Origin: an uncultured Alphaproteobacteria bacterium
GTDB lineage: Bacteria; Pseudomonadota; Alphaproteobacteria; HIMB59; GCA-002718135
Length of the DNA: 64,000 nucleotides
Direction of reading: 5' to 3'
NCBI GenBank assembly: GCA_902614085.1
Contig: CACMJS010000001.1
Span: 299,127 to 363,126 of the forward strand
Each line of letters begins with the position of its first letter. Position 1 is the first letter of the stretch. The notes beneath the pieces are model-generated. The model did not search any database and was not told the DNA's origin. It saw only the letters and a program-made list of their open reading frames with translations. A program made the translations under genes and the position numbers. Shown here piece after piece: positions 1 to 8,878 of the stretch.

Positions 1-226
1 GTATAATACCATCCCAATCTTGAGTTACCCATTCACAAGTAACCCCCATTCGCTTACAAGCTTCGTTACCAAAATCTATTTCAGCACCCTCAAGTTCACC
101 AGCTGAATTAAGATTATTCCATGGTGGGTAAGCACCTTCTGTACCAATTCTTATTGTTTGTGAATTTGCAATTGAAGCAACTCCAAAAATACCAATTGAT
201 AATAAGTATATTAAAATTTTTTTCAC
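1..226 (-). CDS. Polar amino-acid ABC transporter substrate-binding protein (HisJ/ArgT-like), truncated by window edge
   Basis: Manual translation from GTG at 226 (GGAGG RBS at 231-235): MKKILIYLLSIGIFGVASIANSQTIRIGTEGAYPPWNNLNSAGELEGAEIDFGNEACKRMGVTCEWVTQDWDGII. Signal peptide plus the IGTEGAYPPW and WDGII motifs of family-3 binding proteins. Not in ORF track. Confidence 0.85.
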   Translation of the reverse strand, partial: MKKILIYLLSIGIFGVASIANSQTIRIGTEGAYPPWNNLNSAGELEGAEIDFGNEACKRMGVTCEWVTQDWDGII

Positions 227-303
227 GTTTCCTCCTTGAAGAAGTATTTCTAAATTATAGGTGAACCATATAAGCTAAATAAAAAAAAACAAAATAAATT
301 GTT

Positions 304-690
304 TCAAACCTTGTTTCGTTTGCTCTTAATTAATACAAAAAACAAGCCAATTATTAGTAATATAAAAGGAAAACTCCAAAGAAAGATATTATTATAATTC
401 ATTAATGGTCTAAAAAGAATGTATTCACCATATCTTTCAACTAAAAATTTCTTAATATCTCGTTCACTTTCTCCGGCTTTCAACTTATTTTTAACTATTT
501 TTTTAATATCATTTGAGAATTCTGCATCTGAGTCATAAATGCTTTGATTTTGACACGTCATACATCGCAACTCTAAAGTTAATTTTTTTACTCTCTCATC
601 AATATTTTCAACTGCAAATATTTTTAAATTAAAAAACACAAAACTTAAAATTATCATATATAAAATTTTATAGAAGCGGCTCAATTTCAT
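304..690 (-). CDS. ccmH: Cytochrome c maturation protein CcmH (short form, no TPR domain)
   Basis: LRCMTCQNQSI (LRCxxC) motif, YGEYILFRP, C-terminal TM; last gene of ccm operon. Confidence 0.92.
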   Translation of the reverse strand: MKLSRFYKILYMIILSFVFFNLKIFAVENIDERVKKLTLELRCMTCQNQSIYDSDAEFSNDIKKIVKNKLKAGESERDIKKFLVERYGEYILFRPLMNYNNIFLWSFPFILLIIGLFFVLIKSKRNKV

Positions 691-1192
691 TTTTTAAAAT
701 ATCCATTGTTATCGGACCCATAAATTTATAGATAATCTTACCATCCTCATTAATTAAATATGTTTCTGGTAGACCAAAAACACCAAATTCTAATGCAATT
801 AAACCATCAGAGTCTACACCAACAAAATCGTATGGGTTTCCATCATCCTTTAAATATTTTTTTGCATCAATAGTTGGATCTTTGTGGTTAAATCCCAACA
901 AATATAGTTCAGGATATTTTTTACGTATTTCAAAAAAAAGTGGATGCTCTATTTTACAAGGACTACACCAAGAAGCAAAAAAATTAATTAAGGTCTTCTT
1001 ATTTTTTATATCTTTTGTTTTGATTATATCCTTTGCATTATACAAAGAACTACTTTCAAAAATAGGAACATCTTTATTTAAGAGTGCACTCGGAGGTTTA
1101 TTAGGATCTTTACCACTTAATAAATAAACTAGTGAAAAAATACATATGATTAAAAGTACTATTAATGGTGTTAAAATAAATATCCTGTTCAT
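668..1192 (-). CDS. ccmG: Thiol:disulfide interchange protein CcmG/DsbE
   Basis: N-terminal anchor, NFFASWCSPC thioredoxin motif, GVFGLPETY. Confidence 0.93.
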   Translation of the reverse strand: MNRIFILTPLIVLLIICIFSLVYLLSGKDPNKPPSALLNKDVPIFESSSLYNAKDIIKTKDIKNKKTLINFFASWCSPCKIEHPLFFEIRKKYPELYLLGFNHKDPTIDAKKYLKDDGNPYDFVGVDSDGLIALEFGVFGLPETYLINEDGKIIYKFMGPITMDILKNEIEPLL

Positions 1193-3051
1193 CTTCTAGA
1201 AACTGCTATTAAACCTGAATACATCATTATTATTACTCCAAGCCATATAAAGCTAACAAATGGATTAATTAAAACTTTTACAAACCACTCATTATTTTTT
1301 TGATCACCAAGGATAAAATATATGTCCTTATTCCACTGATGTAAAATACCAGCTTCAGATGTAATCATCTTTGACACTGGATAATAATTTTTTCCAGCCT
1401 CTATTTCTTTTGATTGATTTTTTTCAATATCAAACAAAAACTTTCCTCTTAAAGATTGAAAATTAATCTCATTAGTTGTTTCTATTTTTTCAAACAAAAC
1501 GATTTTTCCATTTACATTAAACTTATCTCCCTCATTAAGATTAAAATCTAGCTCATTTTGAAAAACACTAGAACAAGTGATGCCAATTATAGCAATACCA
1601 ACACCGATATGTGCTACATGAGGATTAATTATTTTGAAAAACTTAATGTTAATTTTAATTTTATACGAAGAAAATATAGCAATAATTGAAGCCAATATTA
1701 TCCAAAAACCTAAAAGTAGCCCTACAAAACCCCATGTATTAAAATCCAAAAAATATGATTGAAGTATAACTAAAACACTTAAGATAATAAAAGCTATAAC
1801 ATATTTTTTTGAATTATTTATCTGATTTGTTTGCCAGGATAAAATTGGTGCAATACTCATTAATAAAAAACCAGGGATCATTATAGGAATTACTGTTGAA
1901 TTAAAATAAGGGCCTCCAACCGATATTCTCTTATTATACAAAACTTCAATTATAATTGGGTATATAGTTCCTAAAAGAATAGTTAAGGTAGCTATAATCA
2001 TTAAAATATTATTTATTACAAGCGCTGAAACTTTATTGATAAATAATAAGTTTAAAGCATTTGATTTTTTTGGTTCTTTTAACAAAAAAACTAAAAAACC
2101 AAATCCAGTTACAATAAAAAAAATTAGTAATATAAATATGCCTCTGGATGCGTCTGCTGCAAATGAATGTACGCTTGTTAAGATTCCAGATCTTACCAAA
2201 AATGTTCCAAAAACACTCAATGAAAAGCAAAGAATTGATAAAAAAACTATCCATTTTTTAATAGCTTGCTCACCTCTTACCATCATGAGTGAATGAACTA
2301 ATGCAAGTCCAGCAATCCAAGGCATCAGTGAAATATTTTCAACTGGATCCCAAAACCACCAACCACCCCATCCTAATTCATAATATGCCCAATATGAACC
2401 AAGAGCTATTCCTCCAGTTAAAAAAGTCCAACTAATTAATGACCATTTTTTAGCAACATATATCCATTCATCATCTGTATTTTGAAATAAACCAGCTATT
2501 GCAATACTGAAAACTATAGAATAACCAACATAACCAGCATATAAAATTGGAGGATGAACAGCCAACCCAGGATCTTGTAAAATAGGATTTAAACCTAAAC
2601 CCTCGTTTACTAATATTGTATTAACGAGAAAAGGATTAGACGTTAAAACTATAAATAGACCAAACAAAATATGAAGAAAAGCTTGAATAATCAAAGTTAA
2701 TTTTTGAAAGTTATCTTCTATATTTTTAGTAAAAGAAAAAAAGAAGCTAAAGATAGATAAAATACAAAGCCACAAAAGCATCGAACCTTCATGATTCCCC
2801 CAAGTGCCTGAAATTTTATATATTAGCGGTTTATTTGAGTGAGAGTTTTGAAAGACATTATAATTTGAGAAATCAGATACAACATAGGCATACATTAAAG
2901 AAAAAAAAGATAACAAAGTTAATAAGGATGAAAAGCGGATGAATAAATTAAATTTCTGTTTTTGAAATTTAAATATGTATCTAGATAAAAATAAGTAAAA
3001 ATTAATACCTATCGCAAAAACTAAGCTTAAAAAACCAACTAATGAACTCAT
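1189..3051 (-). CDS. ccmF: Cytochrome c heme lyase subunit CcmF
   Basis: WGGWWFWDPVEN, HPPILY, RSGILTSVHSFA motifs; polytopic membrane protein. Confidence 0.97.
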   Translation of the reverse strand: MSSLVGFLSLVFAIGINFYLFLSRYIFKFQKQKFNLFIRFSSLLTLLSFFSLMYAYVVSDFSNYNVFQNSHSNKPLIYKISGTWGNHEGSMLLWLCILSIFSFFFSFTKNIEDNFQKLTLIIQAFLHILFGLFIVLTSNPFLVNTILVNEGLGLNPILQDPGLAVHPPILYAGYVGYSIVFSIAIAGLFQNTDDEWIYVAKKWSLISWTFLTGGIALGSYWAYYELGWGGWWFWDPVENISLMPWIAGLALVHSLMMVRGEQAIKKWIVFLSILCFSLSVFGTFLVRSGILTSVHSFAADASRGIFILLIFFIVTGFGFLVFLLKEPKKSNALNLLFINKVSALVINNILMIIATLTILLGTIYPIIIEVLYNKRISVGGPYFNSTVIPIMIPGFLLMSIAPILSWQTNQINNSKKYVIAFIILSVLVILQSYFLDFNTWGFVGLLLGFWIILASIIAIFSSYKIKINIKFFKIINPHVAHIGVGIAIIGITCSSVFQNELDFNLNEGDKFNVNGKIVLFEKIETTNEINFQSLRGKFLFDIEKNQSKEIEAGKNYYPVSKMITSEAGILHQWNKDIYFILGDQKNNEWFVKVLINPFVSFIWLGVIIMMYSGLIAVSRR

Positions 3052-3488
3052 TTATATTTTTTATTCCAATAACCTGTATCTTTCAGATCTTCTTTTATTG
3101 ATGCTGGCATATAATTTTCATCATGTTTTGCAAAAACATTAGTTGCATTAAAAATATTTTTATCAACAAAAGCACCCTCTATGACTGCACCTTGCCCTTC
3201 TCTAAATAAATCAGGAAGAATGCCTTTGAAAGTAACAAGTATAGATGCTTTTTCATCAGTAATTTTAAATTTAAATGAACTTGAAGAAATTTTATTAAAA
3301 CTATTATTTTCAACAAAACCGCCTATCCTTATTATTTTATTTATTATGATATCTGATTTATCTATTTCAGATGGTGTATAGAAATACGACACATTTTCTC
3401 TTGCATTATATAAAATAAGTAGGACTGCACTTAGTATAATTACCAAAGTAAGCAATATTAGCAGTAATCTTTGAAAGCGTAAGCTCAT
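3048..3488 (-). CDS. ccmE: Heme chaperone CcmE
   Basis: GILPDLFREGQG and AKHDENY heme-binding motif. Confidence 0.96.
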   Translation of the reverse strand: MSLRFQRLLLILLTLVIILSAVLLILYNARENVSYFYTPSEIDKSDIIINKIIRIGGFVENNSFNKISSSSFKFKITDEKASILVTFKGILPDLFREGQGAVIEGAFVDKNIFNATNVFAKHDENYMPASIKEDLKDTGYWNKKYK

Positions 3489-3589
3489 TTATTTTTTATT
3501 CTTTTAAGTTTTAAGTAACTAAAAAATAATAACAAAAAAATTAAAAGAAAGGCTGCTATATAAGATCCTAAAATATACCAAAAATACAT
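3485..3589 (-). CDS. ccmD: Heme exporter protein CcmD (34 aa, not in ORF track)
   Basis: MYFWYILGSYIAAFLLIFLLLFFSYLKLKRIKNK: aromatic N-terminus, one TM, basic tail; lies between ccmC and ccmE; its TGA overlaps the ccmE ATG. Alternative TTG start at 3604. Confidence 0.8.
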   Translation of the reverse strand: MYFWYILGSYIAAFLLIFLLLFFSYLKLKRIKNK

Positions 3590-3650
3590 AGTTTCTAATA
3601 ACAAAAATACTTAGGAATGATACTTAATCCAATGGACCAAAAGTCACAAA

Positions 3651-4349
3651 TTAACTTAAATAAGATTTTCTTGAAATTATCTCTGTTTTTATTCTTAAAA
3701 TGGCTATTGCTATTCCAATCAATATAAATGCAAATGTCATAATAATTAAAGGCGCCATCATTGAAGGATCAATGCTAGGTTTAGATAATTTACTTATTGT
3801 TGCAGGTTGATGTAAGGTATTCCACCAATCCACAGAAAATTTAACTATCGGCAGGTTTACTGATCCAACAAGAATAAATATAGCAACAACCTTTTCTCTA
3901 ACAATCCTATTTTCAAAAGATAAATTCATAAAAATAATAATTAGATAAATAATAAAAAGTATCGCAACAGATGTTAAACGCGCATCCCATACCCACCAAG
4001 TACCCCACATTGGTTTTCCCCACAAAGATCCACTTATTATACATATTAAAGTAAAAACAGCCCCTATCGGAGCTACTGCAGTATTAAAAATAAAACCAAA
4101 GGGTATTCTAAAAGCAAGTGCCAAAATACTATAAAGAATCATTATTGTATAAGTTAGTAAAGCTAACCATGCACTTGGAACATGTACATACATTATTCTT
4201 ACTGTTGATCCTTGCTGATAATCATCTGGTGATAAATAAAAAGAAAACAATAATCCTATTGCAAACAATATGATAGAAAAGATCAGTAATGGTCTAAACA
4301 AATAATCAGCCATCTCATTAAATTTACTAGGATTAACTAAGAACTTCAT
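3651..4349 (-). CDS. ccmC: Heme exporter protein CcmC
   Basis: WGKPMWGTWWVWDARLT (WWD domain), YVHVPSAW, WWNTLHQ. Confidence 0.97.
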   Translation of the reverse strand: MKFLVNPSKFNEMADYLFRPLLIFSIILFAIGLLFSFYLSPDDYQQGSTVRIMYVHVPSAWLALLTYTIMILYSILALAFRIPFGFIFNTAVAPIGAVFTLICIISGSLWGKPMWGTWWVWDARLTSVAILFIIYLIIIFMNLSFENRIVREKVVAIFILVGSVNLPIVKFSVDWWNTLHQPATISKLSKPSIDPSMMAPLIIMTFAFILIGIAIAILRIKTEIISRKSYLS

Positions 4350-4350
4350 A

Positions 4351-5022
4351 TTAGTTATTTTCTAATGAAAGTTTAAGACACAACCCGCTTGCCCAGGGAT
4401 TTATAGCAAAAACAATTAACAATATTCCAAATAATATATTTATAAGAGAATTAAAGCTTTCTTGCATATTAATTATACCTACTGAAAAAATAATTACTGG
4501 AACACTAAATATCATAACAACGACACTACCCAACAGAAAGTTTCTTTGATTCATTAGGTTCATTGAAGATGAAATTGAACCTAAACAGGACAGAATAAGT
4601 GATCCTATGCCAAAACTAGCAAATAAGTAGAAAAGTTTATCATTAGCAATGTTTAGTAAGATGCATGCAATCGGTATTGATAATAAAAAAGGTACTTGTA
4701 CAAACACAAAATGCGAAAAAGTTTTTAAAATAGCAATGAAACCAAAGCTAAACCCATTTAAATGTATAATCAATAAATTACCATTTTCAAAGTCATCTTG
4801 ATAAAATTTTCTTAGAGATAAAGTTGAACTTAATAGTAACAATGTCCACAATATACCGACTCCTATGATAGAAATGGTTTCCTTATCTGGTCCAATAGAG
4901 AAAATAAAAATAAATATTGATATGAAAAAGAAAATAATATTTGTTAAAATATCTTGAACACCACTCATATTTAATTTGTATTCTCTGTAATAAAAGAAAA
5001 TTATTTTATTTAAAAAATTCAT
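4351..5022 (-). CDS. ccmB: Heme exporter permease CcmB
   Basis: Hydrophobic protein with FYQDDFENG motif, between ccmA and ccmC. Confidence 0.88.
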   Translation of the reverse strand: MNFLNKIIFFYYREYKLNMSGVQDILTNIIFFFISIFIFIFSIGPDKETISIIGVGILWTLLLLSSTLSLRKFYQDDFENGNLLIIHLNGFSFGFIAILKTFSHFVFVQVPFLLSIPIACILLNIANDKLFYLFASFGIGSLILSCLGSISSSMNLMNQRNFLLGSVVVMIFSVPVIIFSVGIINMQESFNSLINILFGILLIVFAINPWASGLCLKLSLENN

Positions 5023-5026
5023 TATT

Positions 5027-5632
5027 TTATAATTGTATTTCTTCTGTCACATAAATCCCTGGATTTTGATGTGAGCTAAAAATTATAGACCCTTCTTTAG
5101 AGCAATGATCTTCAAAAGTTTGTTTCATTAGCTCAATTGAATCTTCATCTAAATTAGAAAGGGGCTCATCTAAAATCCAAACATTTTTGTTTTCTATTAT
5201 TAATCTTAAAAATTCTAATTTTTTAGTTTCGCCAAAAGATAATGTTCCAACTTTCTTATCCAAATAATTATCTAATTTTAATGTTTTTAATGCTGTTTCA
5301 ATTTGAGCTTCATTAATTTTTGATATAAAAAATTTTTTCCAAATATTAACATTATCTCTGATAGTTAATTTTCTTAAGCTTGATGTTGTATCACCAATGT
5401 ATGTAACATGATTATAGAAATCATATAAATTTTTCTTCAATAATTTTCCTTTCCAATATATTGATCCAAATGATGGCTCTAATAGATTAAGAATTGCTTT
5501 TATTAATGTAGTTTTGCCAGAACCGTTTTTACCTTTTAAAATGGTAATATTGCCAGCTGAAAGTGATAGATTAATATTTTCAAAAATTTTTTTATCTAAT
5601 CTCTCTATGGATAAATCTTTAACAATTAACAT
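5027..5632 (-). CDS. ccmA: Heme ABC exporter ATPase CcmA
   Basis: Walker A GKNGSGKTT, Walker B WILDEP; first gene of ccm operon. Confidence 0.92.
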   Translation of the reverse strand: MLIVKDLSIERLDKKIFENINLSLSAGNITILKGKNGSGKTTLIKAILNLLEPSFGSIYWKGKLLKKNLYDFYNHVTYIGDTTSSLRKLTIRDNVNIWKKFFISKINEAQIETALKTLKLDNYLDKKVGTLSFGETKKLEFLRLIIENKNVWILDEPLSNLDEDSIELMKQTFEDHCSKEGSIIFSSHQNPGIYVTEEIQL

Positions 5633-5669
5633 TATTAAGATCTAATTACTTTTTGATTTAAAACAATAA

Positions 5670-5692
5670 AAAACGGGGCATAACCCCGTTTT
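5670..5692 (-). terminator. Intrinsic terminator downstream of the Lys-rich gene
   Basis: AAAACGGGG-N5-CCCCGTTTT stem followed on the minus strand by TTTATTGTTTT. Confidence 0.75.
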
Positions 5693-5714
5693 ATCTTTTG
5701 AAAAAGATAAGAAA

Positions 5715-5741
5715 AAGAAAACTTTAATTTAAAGTTTTCTT
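5715..5741 (-). terminator. AT-rich perfect 12-bp inverted repeat followed by T-run
   Basis: AAGAAAACTTTA-att-TAAAGTTTTCTT, 17 nt after the stop at 5759. Confidence 0.5.
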
Positions 5742-5758
5742 GAAAAATTGAAGTATTA

Positions 5759-5935
5759 CTATCTTCTCTTTTTCTTCTTTTTAGCAGCTTTTTTCTTTTT
5801 CTTTTTAGGAGCTGCTTTTTTCTTTTTCTTAGGAGCAGCTTTTTTCTTTTTCTTTTTAGGAGCTGCTTTTTTCTTTTTCTTTGGAGCTGCTTTTTTCTTT
5901 TTCTTTGGAGCAGCTTTCTTTTTCTTCTTAGCCAT
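5759..5935 (-). CDS. Lysine-rich histone H1-like / protamine-like protein (58 aa, AAPKKKKK repeats)
   Basis: ATG at 5935 with AAGGAG RBS (5942-5947); MAKKKKK(AAPKKKKK[K])x5 AAKKKKKRR; 37 K, 2 R, no acidic residue. The track start at 5986 lies in the leader. Confidence 0.8.
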   Translation of the reverse strand: MAKKKKKAAPKKKKKAAPKKKKKAAPKKKKKKAAPKKKKKAAPKKKKKKAAKKKKKRR

Positions 5936-5958
5936 AAAATACTCCTTGTATTTTGTTA

Positions 5959-5995
5959 CCCCGGAGGAACCCCCCTCCCTCATCACCTAAGTGAT
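5959..5995 (-). promoter_or_regulatory. GC-rich structured 5' leader of the Lys-rich gene
   Basis: ATCAC-TTAG-GTGAT and GGAGG-GGGGTT-CCTCC hairpins in an otherwise very AT-rich intergenic region. Confidence 0.5.
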
Positions 5996-6230
5996 AAATA
6001 TAAAAGGCTGACTATTTATTCCCAAAACTTACGCTTAAAGTCAACAATATAGCAATATTTTAAAATTAACTAAGAGTAAGAAGTTCGAAGATTAAAAATT
6101 AAATATAAATTAAAAAAATTTTTTGTAATCTTCATATTTTTTGGCAGAATTCTGATAATAATTTAACATTTTGCTATACAAAAAATTATCTTCATACTAT
6201 TTATTTATTATAATTATTTTTTAAATTATC

Positions 6231-8873
6231 ATGAAAAACGTGAATTCTTTTGATTCTGAACATTTGATTAAAATAAATAACCAAAATTTTAGATATTTTG
6301 ATTTAAATGTAGTAGCAAAACATTTTGATATTGATCTTTATAAAGTTCCAATTTCAATAAAAGTAATACTAGAAAATTTAATTAGAAATGAGGATGGTGA
6401 AAATATTTCTAAAAGTATGATCTCTAATGTATTTTTCTCATTAAAAGATAGAAATAAAAAAAATGAAAAAACAGAGATAGCTTTTTTTCCAACACGTGTA
6501 CTTATGCAAGATTTTACCGGAGTACCAGCTGTTGCAGATTTAGCTGCGATGAGAAATGCACTAAAATCAAAAGGAATTGAGCCAAAAAAGATAAATCCTC
6601 TTTCTAGGGTTGACTTAGTTATAGACCATTCTGTTATGGTTGATAATTATAAAAATAATAACTCACTTAATGAAAATGTTAAGAAGGAATTTGAAAGAAA
6701 TAAAGAAAGATATGAATTTTTAAAGTGGGGTCAAAGTTCATTTGATAACTTTTACTTGGTACCCCCTGGAGCTGGTATTTGTCATCAAGTAAATTTAGAA
6801 AATATTGCTAAGACAGTTTGGTTAAAAGAAATTGAGAATAAAAAATATTTATTTCCAGATTCTGTGGTAGGAACTGATAGTCATACGACAATGGTTAATT
6901 CTCTTTCAGTACTAGGATGGGGTGTAGGAGGGATTGAAGCTGAGGCAGCTATGTTAGGCCAAGCAATTTCAATGAATATACCAGACGTAATCGGTTTTGA
7001 ACTTAAAGGATCTTTGAAGGAAGGAATTACTGCAACTGATTTAGTATTATCAATTACAAAAATTTTACGAGATAAAGGTGTAGTAGGGAAATTTGTAGAA
7101 TTTTATGGAAACGGTTTAGCGAATTTATCTTTAGCCGATAGAGCAACTATATCTAATATGGCACCTGAGTATGGCGCAACTTGTGGATTTTTTCCTACAG
7201 ATGAAGAAACAATTAATTACCTTAAGTTAACTGGTAAAGATAATGAACATCTAAATATTGTTGAAGTATATTCAAAAAAACAAACTCTTTGGGCGGATGA
7301 AAATTATGCACCAGAATACTCAGATAAAATAATACTAGATTTAGATTCTATTGAACCTTCTCTTGCTGGACCAAAAAGACCTCAAGATAAAATTCTTTTG
7401 AAAGAGGTCCCAGCAGAATTTAGTAAGATGGATAGCAATGTAAATAATATTAAAGATAAATTAAATACAGGTGATATTGTAATAGCTGCAATAACTAGTT
7501 GTACAAATACATCTAATCCAAATGTAATGATCGCAGCAGGATTAGTTGCTAAAAAGGCAGCAGATTTAGGTTTAGAGGTTAAACCTTGGGTTAAGACTAG
7601 TTTAGCGCCAGGAAGTAAAGTTGTTAGTGATTATCTTGATAAGGCCGGTTTAACAGAGTACCTTGATCTATTAGGCTTTAACACCGTTGGCTATGGATGT
7701 ACAACTTGCATAGGAAATTCTGGCCCTTTAGATGAATGGATTTCTAATGAAATTAGATCAAATAATTTGACTGTTTGTTCAGTATTATCTGGAAATAGAA
7801 ACTTTGAAGGTAGAGTTCACCAAGAAGTCAAAGCAAACTTTCTTGCTTCACCACCTCTTGTCGTTGCTTATGCTATTGCAGGTAATATTAATATTAATCT
7901 TACAACTGATCCACTTGGTAAATCAAAATTTGGAGAAGAGATATTCTTAAAAGATATATGGCCATCAAATAAAGAAATTAATGAAACACTTGGTTTATGT
8001 TTAACGCCTGAAATGTTTAAAGAAAGATACAGGGAAATATATAAAGGAGATGATAATTGGTTATCAATTAATAATTCAAAGGAAACAACATATAATTGGA
8101 ATGATACTAGCACTTATATAAAACATCCGCCTTTTTTCAATACAGAAAATAAATTTGAGTTAAAGGATATTAAAGATGCAAGAATATTGGCATTATTAGG
8201 TGACAGTGTAACAACCGATCATATTTCACCAGCTGGGAATATTAAAGAAGATAGTCCTGCTGGTTATTATTTAACAGACAGACAAATTAATCCTAAGAAT
8301 TTCAACTCATATGGATCAAGACGAGGTAATCATGAAATTATGATGAGGGGTACCTTTGCTAACATTAGAATAAAGAACCAGATTTTAAATAATGTAGAGG
8401 GAGGTTTTACAAAATCTTTTTTATCTAATAAACAAATGCCAATATATGATGCAGCTCAAGAATATATTAATAATAATGTTGATACAGTTATTATAGCTGG
8501 AAAAGAATATGGTACTGGGTCGTCTAGAGATTGGGCAGCTAAAGGCACAAGACTCTTAGGTGTAAGAGCGGTAATTGCAGAGAGTTTTGAAAGAATTCAT
8601 AGATCTAATTTAATTGGCATGGGGGTATTGCCTCTTGAATTTATGAATAATGAAAACAAAATAAATCTTAATATTTTAGGCCACGAGCTTGTCTCTATCT
8701 CTGGTTTATCTGAACTAAAACCTGGAATTATACTTAGTTGTAAAATTAATTCTGCTGAGCCTAAAAGTATAAAATTAAAGTGCAGAATTGATACTAAAAA
8801 AGAACTTGAATACTACAAAGCTGGAGGAATTTTAAACTACGTTTTAAATGAAATAATATCAGAAGCCGCTTAA
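6231..8873 (+). CDS. acnA: Aconitate hydratase A
   Basis: RVLMQDFTGVPAV, AITSCTNTSNP, GCTTCIGNSG, DHISPAG, GSSRDWAAKG. Confidence 0.98.
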   Translation: MKNVNSFDSEHLIKINNQNFRYFDLNVVAKHFDIDLYKVPISIKVILENLIRNEDGENISKSMISNVFFSLKDRNKKNEKTEIAFFPTRVLMQDFTGVPAVADLAAMRNALKSKGIEPKKINPLSRVDLVIDHSVMVDNYKNNNSLNENVKKEFERNKERYEFLKWGQSSFDNFYLVPPGAGICHQVNLENIAKTVWLKEIENKKYLFPDSVVGTDSHTTMVNSLSVLGWGVGGIEAEAAMLGQAISMNIPDVIGFELKGSLKEGITATDLVLSITKILRDKGVVGKFVEFYGNGLANLSLADRATISNMAPEYGATCGFFPTDEETINYLKLTGKDNEHLNIVEVYSKKQTLWADENYAPEYSDKIILDLDSIEPSLAGPKRPQDKILLKEVPAEFSKMDSNVNNIKDKLNTGDIVIAAITSCTNTSNPNVMIAAGLVAKKAADLGLEVKPWVKTSLAPGSKVVSDYLDKAGLTEYLDLLGFNTVGYGCTTCIGNSGPLDEWISNEIRSNNLTVCSVLSGNRNFEGRVHQEVKANFLASPPLVVAYAIAGNININLTTDPLGKSKFGEEIFLKDIWPSNKEINETLGLCLTPEMFKERYREIYKGDDNWLSINNSKETTYNWNDTSTYIKHPPFFNTENKFELKDIKDARILALLGDSVTTDHISPAGNIKEDSPAGYYLTDRQINPKNFNSYGSRRGNHEIMMRGTFANIRIKNQILNNVEGGFTKSFLSNKQMPIYDAAQEYINNNVDTVIIAGKEYGTGSSRDWAAKGTRLLGVRAVIAESFERIHRSNLIGMGVLPLEFMNNENKINLNILGHELVSISGLSELKPGIILSCKINSAEPKSIKLKCRIDTKKELEYYKAGGILNYVLNEIISEAA

Positions 8874-8878
8874 TCTTA

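Noticed and set aside
5936-5986. N-terminal extension MMREGGSSGVTKYKEYF of the Lys-rich ORF in the track
   Set aside because: Runs through the leader hairpins; the AAGGAG RBS supports ATG 5935
5748-5990. 80-aa Phe-rich plus-strand ORF (GAAFFFFF repeats)
   Set aside because: Antisense shadow of the Lys-rich gene; the RBS and terminator support the minus strand
6099-6113. TTAA-N7-TTAA upstream of acnA
   Set aside because: Many chance matches are expected at this AT content and there is no contextual support
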